A DNA stretch of 64,000 bases, taken from the NCBI GenBank assembly GCA_964016885.1, contig OZ024744.1, positions 111,538,001-111,602,000 on the forward strand. Direction: 5' to 3'. Made by a program: the position numbers and the translations under genes. Shown in pieces: positions 61,120 through 64,000 of the stretch. The stretch comes from Eledone cirrhosa. Lineage: Eukaryota. Position 1 is the stretch's first letter, and every line of letters starts with the position of its first letter. The notes beneath the pieces are model-generated. The model was given only the letters and a program-made list of their open reading frames with translations. It was not told where the DNA came from and ran no database searches.

Positions 61120-61317
61120 TGTCCCCCTTGCTTCTGCCGGACGTCACCAGAGGGCGTTAGTCCCCCGATGTTTGCATAGCTACGGCTTCCTAAAACCGTA
61201 TTTCTTTGGAGATACGAAATATTTACACATATTATATTAAGCTATGCTTGAAGCGAAATCCTATATCTTATAAAAATGTAGCTGGCCGACAGATCAGAGT
61301 ATATATATATATATATA

Positions 61318-61830
61318 TACTCTGATCTGTCGGCCAGCTAAATTTTTCAGCCTGTGGCTTTGGAGTCGGACCGCTGACTGCGAAGTTCCTCTCTTCACTG
61401 GCGGCTCGCCTAATAGAGGTAACTGGCGAATCTTCCGAGGGTGCTTGGCTGTTTCAGCGCATCAGCCTCGCCATCACCCGAGGTAACGCTGCGAGTGTAC
61501 TGGCTTGCCTAAAAAATCATTAGAGAGGTTGCCCAGTAATCCTCGCGACGTTGCTGTCTTTTGCTCTGGTGGTGGCTCGGTTGTTCACCCATTCCTTTAC
61601 ATTTTTTTTAATATTGTAACATTAAAGGAATATATCTTTCTGAAACAATCGCGAGCAATTTATAATGTTGTCTAAGCATTTGTAATGTTATTTATGCATA
61701 CATTTAAAACATGTTTGTTATATTATTCTACTGTAAATTTATTTATATGCTCTGTTTATATTTTCATTCTGAAAGAATTGCAAACGATTTGTAATGTTAT
61801 TTATACAACTATGAATAAAATTAAATAAAT
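61318..61830 (+). mobile_element. 3' end of a CRE-type (restriction-like endonuclease) non-LTR element with a short 5' inversion at 61272-61300
   Basis: FQPVALE..GP.TAKFLSSLAARL..VTGE..E.AWLFQRISLAITRGNAASVL* (stop 61521-61523); the 3' boundary is approximate. Confidence 0.75.
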
Positions 61831-63432
61831 TAGGGTATAATGTGGGGCTGTAATACAGGGAAGTTTTGTGCAATTTATATTTACAAGCCGAAATTGCCTC
61901 AGATTTTTTTGTTTAAGTTGTGGTCTTTGGCGTAGAGTATTTCCAGGGCCTCAGCGGCGCAGAGCTCACATTATCTTTTATTTCCGTTATACGATCTAGC
62001 CTTAGCTAGGATCTCCCAGTGTAAATTATATTGGGTGTTGTTGTCTTTTAGATTCCAGATATAAGCTGAAAGTAACGTCATATTACTTCTTAAAGGGTTA
62101 AGAAAAGAATGGGTATGCATGTAAAGACGCTGCTTGAATCTATTGGCGGTTAACCCTGTGTAGGCCCTACGGGACGTGGGTGTTTCAATCTTACATTTGT
62201 AGACAATGTTACTAGAGAGGCATGTTACTAAAATGTTACTGTATTACAGCCCCACATTATACCCTAACGGATAGTACAAACTATATGAGGATATTTTACG
62301 TCTTGATGTGGTAACTAAGTATATGTTATGTTTATACCATTACTTATTTGTATAGGTAAGTATATTTTACCTGTATGTTTTGTGAATCTACGTATACTTT
62401 CTCGTACGTATATTTGCTTGTATATGTTATGGCGTATATATTATATATACTGGTACATGTGCATATGGTTAGGCGTATGCGTGAGTTTTGCGTCTGTGTG
62501 AGTATGCGGGTTCGTACGTATGTAGGGTGTGTGTATATGTTTACTTTGTGTTTTGGTTGACGTACGCCTGCGTACATATGTGTATTTACAGGTGGTATGT
62601 GTGTGAGCGCGTTTATACGTATTTATGTGTGTATATTTCTATACGTTTATATAATTATATGTATACACTCACACACACATATATATATATTTTTTTATAT
62701 ATATTTTTATGTGTATTTGGTGTATACGTTCGTATGCGTGCGGGTACAGGCGTTGCGTGGGGTCTGTATGTGCGTCCGTGTCTTTTTTTGTGTACGTGCT
62801 TGTATTGGCATACCCATTGCGGGTGTTTTCGCGTATGCTTGTGTATGTACGTATATGGTTGCGTGCATGTATATATTTAATTTCAATTACCTCTGTAATT
62901 TATTTACTTTGTTCTTAACTCTGAAGCCAGGAATCATTCGGTTTCCTAATAGAATGTTAGTCTACGACTAACCATATACGTGGTTTTGTCTTTGCGTGTA
63001 ATTGTTCTCACCGTTCCACATAATGACGTATTATCTTTGTCTTTATCCGCCGAGGTTAACTTTGCATTTCATCCTTACGGGGTCGATAAAATAAAGTACT
63101 AGTAATGTACAGGATAATTGGTGGCCTTGTGCCAAAAGTAGAAACAATTATCTTTATCTTTATCCGTTCTTTGCCAGCGAACGTTTCCACGAACCAAAGT
63201 ATCGTCTTCCTGTCTTCCTTCGGTTGCAACGTTTTTTGAAATATTCACTTCTGCGTTCAAAGATTGATTTTTTTAGTTTCAGAAGATCCCGTTAAGGGTG
63301 AAAGCAGTAATTCTTTGCTTAAACTTTAATCTATTATTTTAATAAATATTTGCTCTACGGTTCTTATATATTTGATATATATTTATCCTTATCGAGCCTT
63401 CTTTGGATTTTAGTCTTCAAATTTATTATTAT

Positions 63433-63435
<3 letters not shown>
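61830..63435. mobile_element. Family A PLE remnant: inverted endonuclease fragment (61855-62225, -) plus pLTR (62240-63435, +) interrupted by a SINE piece
   Basis: Matches 505-895 (reverse) and 868-1900. Confidence 0.85.
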
Positions 63436-63482
<47 letters not shown>

Positions 63483-63606
63483 ATACTTTGGGAGGGTCAT
63501 GTTGCCAATAAGAAACACACGCACAGGGTTGCTTTCACTTCAATTTATTATAAATTTCCGGTTGGTTGGTTGGTTGGTTCCACAATTAGACGATTGTTCA
63601 TATATT

Positions 63607-63649
63607 GTCAAAGTTCTTTCGTCACACATTCTGTGACCTCTTCAGTGAC
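63607..63649 (-). ncRNA. Type I HHR, family C (G12A copy at 6824-6868)
   Basis: GTCA-CTGAAGA-gGTCACA gaatg TGTGAC-GAAA-GAAC-TT-TGAC. Confidence 0.78.
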
Positions 63650-64000
63650 TGGGGATTATTTTCTTTGTTTTTGTGCCTCTCCTTTGTTCTGTCCTACGCC
63701 ATCTTGTTTCTGTGTGTGTTGTATGCTTAGTTTGCGCATGTTACATCCAGGTGTCTGTGTGTGTTTATATTTGTTTATTTATTTGTTCTATGTATGTGTG
63801 TGTTTTCATTTTGTCCTTAATTGTAAGTTGTGATGTTGCTGTTCCATTCATGTTTTCTATTTAATTTTGGTTGTAATTCTTTTATGTTTATTGTCTCTGT
63901 GATTTGTCTAAACATTGCGTCTTTTCTGTGTGTAGATTCTATTTTTATTTCTATGTTCTCTAATTTACCCTTATGTTCTATTTTAACATGTTGGTGGAGT

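Overview
AT-rich, microsatellite-saturated animal DNA (SINE types and (TA)n/(CA)n load suggest an octopus-like cephalopod; inference). There is no recognisable multi-exon host gene. The window is a pile-up of retroelements in (TA)n tracts: many Penelope-like elements (PLEs, RT plus C-terminal GIY-YIG) with inverted 5' pLTRs, a near-intact RTE LINE, a full-length CR1-type LINE, a 5'-truncated L1/Tx1 LINE, a CRE-type 3' end, two SINE families, two non-autonomous Helitrons, and a tRNA-Val(CAC) with an armless sister copy. The main unannotated signal, found by hand-folding, is about 30 type I hammerhead ribozyme (HHR) motifs in about 15 sequence families. They include U3-A8 covariant cores, U4-substituted cores and palindromic stem III. 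Eight families share a bulged hairpin (RCTC...TN-GAGY) downstream of the cleavage site. Two ORF-less head-to-tail HHR monomers (422 and 324 nt) look retrozyme-like, and several fold-back inversions turn at or next to the ribozyme. Most hits in the ORF track are microsatellite artefacts. No structure or activity was computed or tested.
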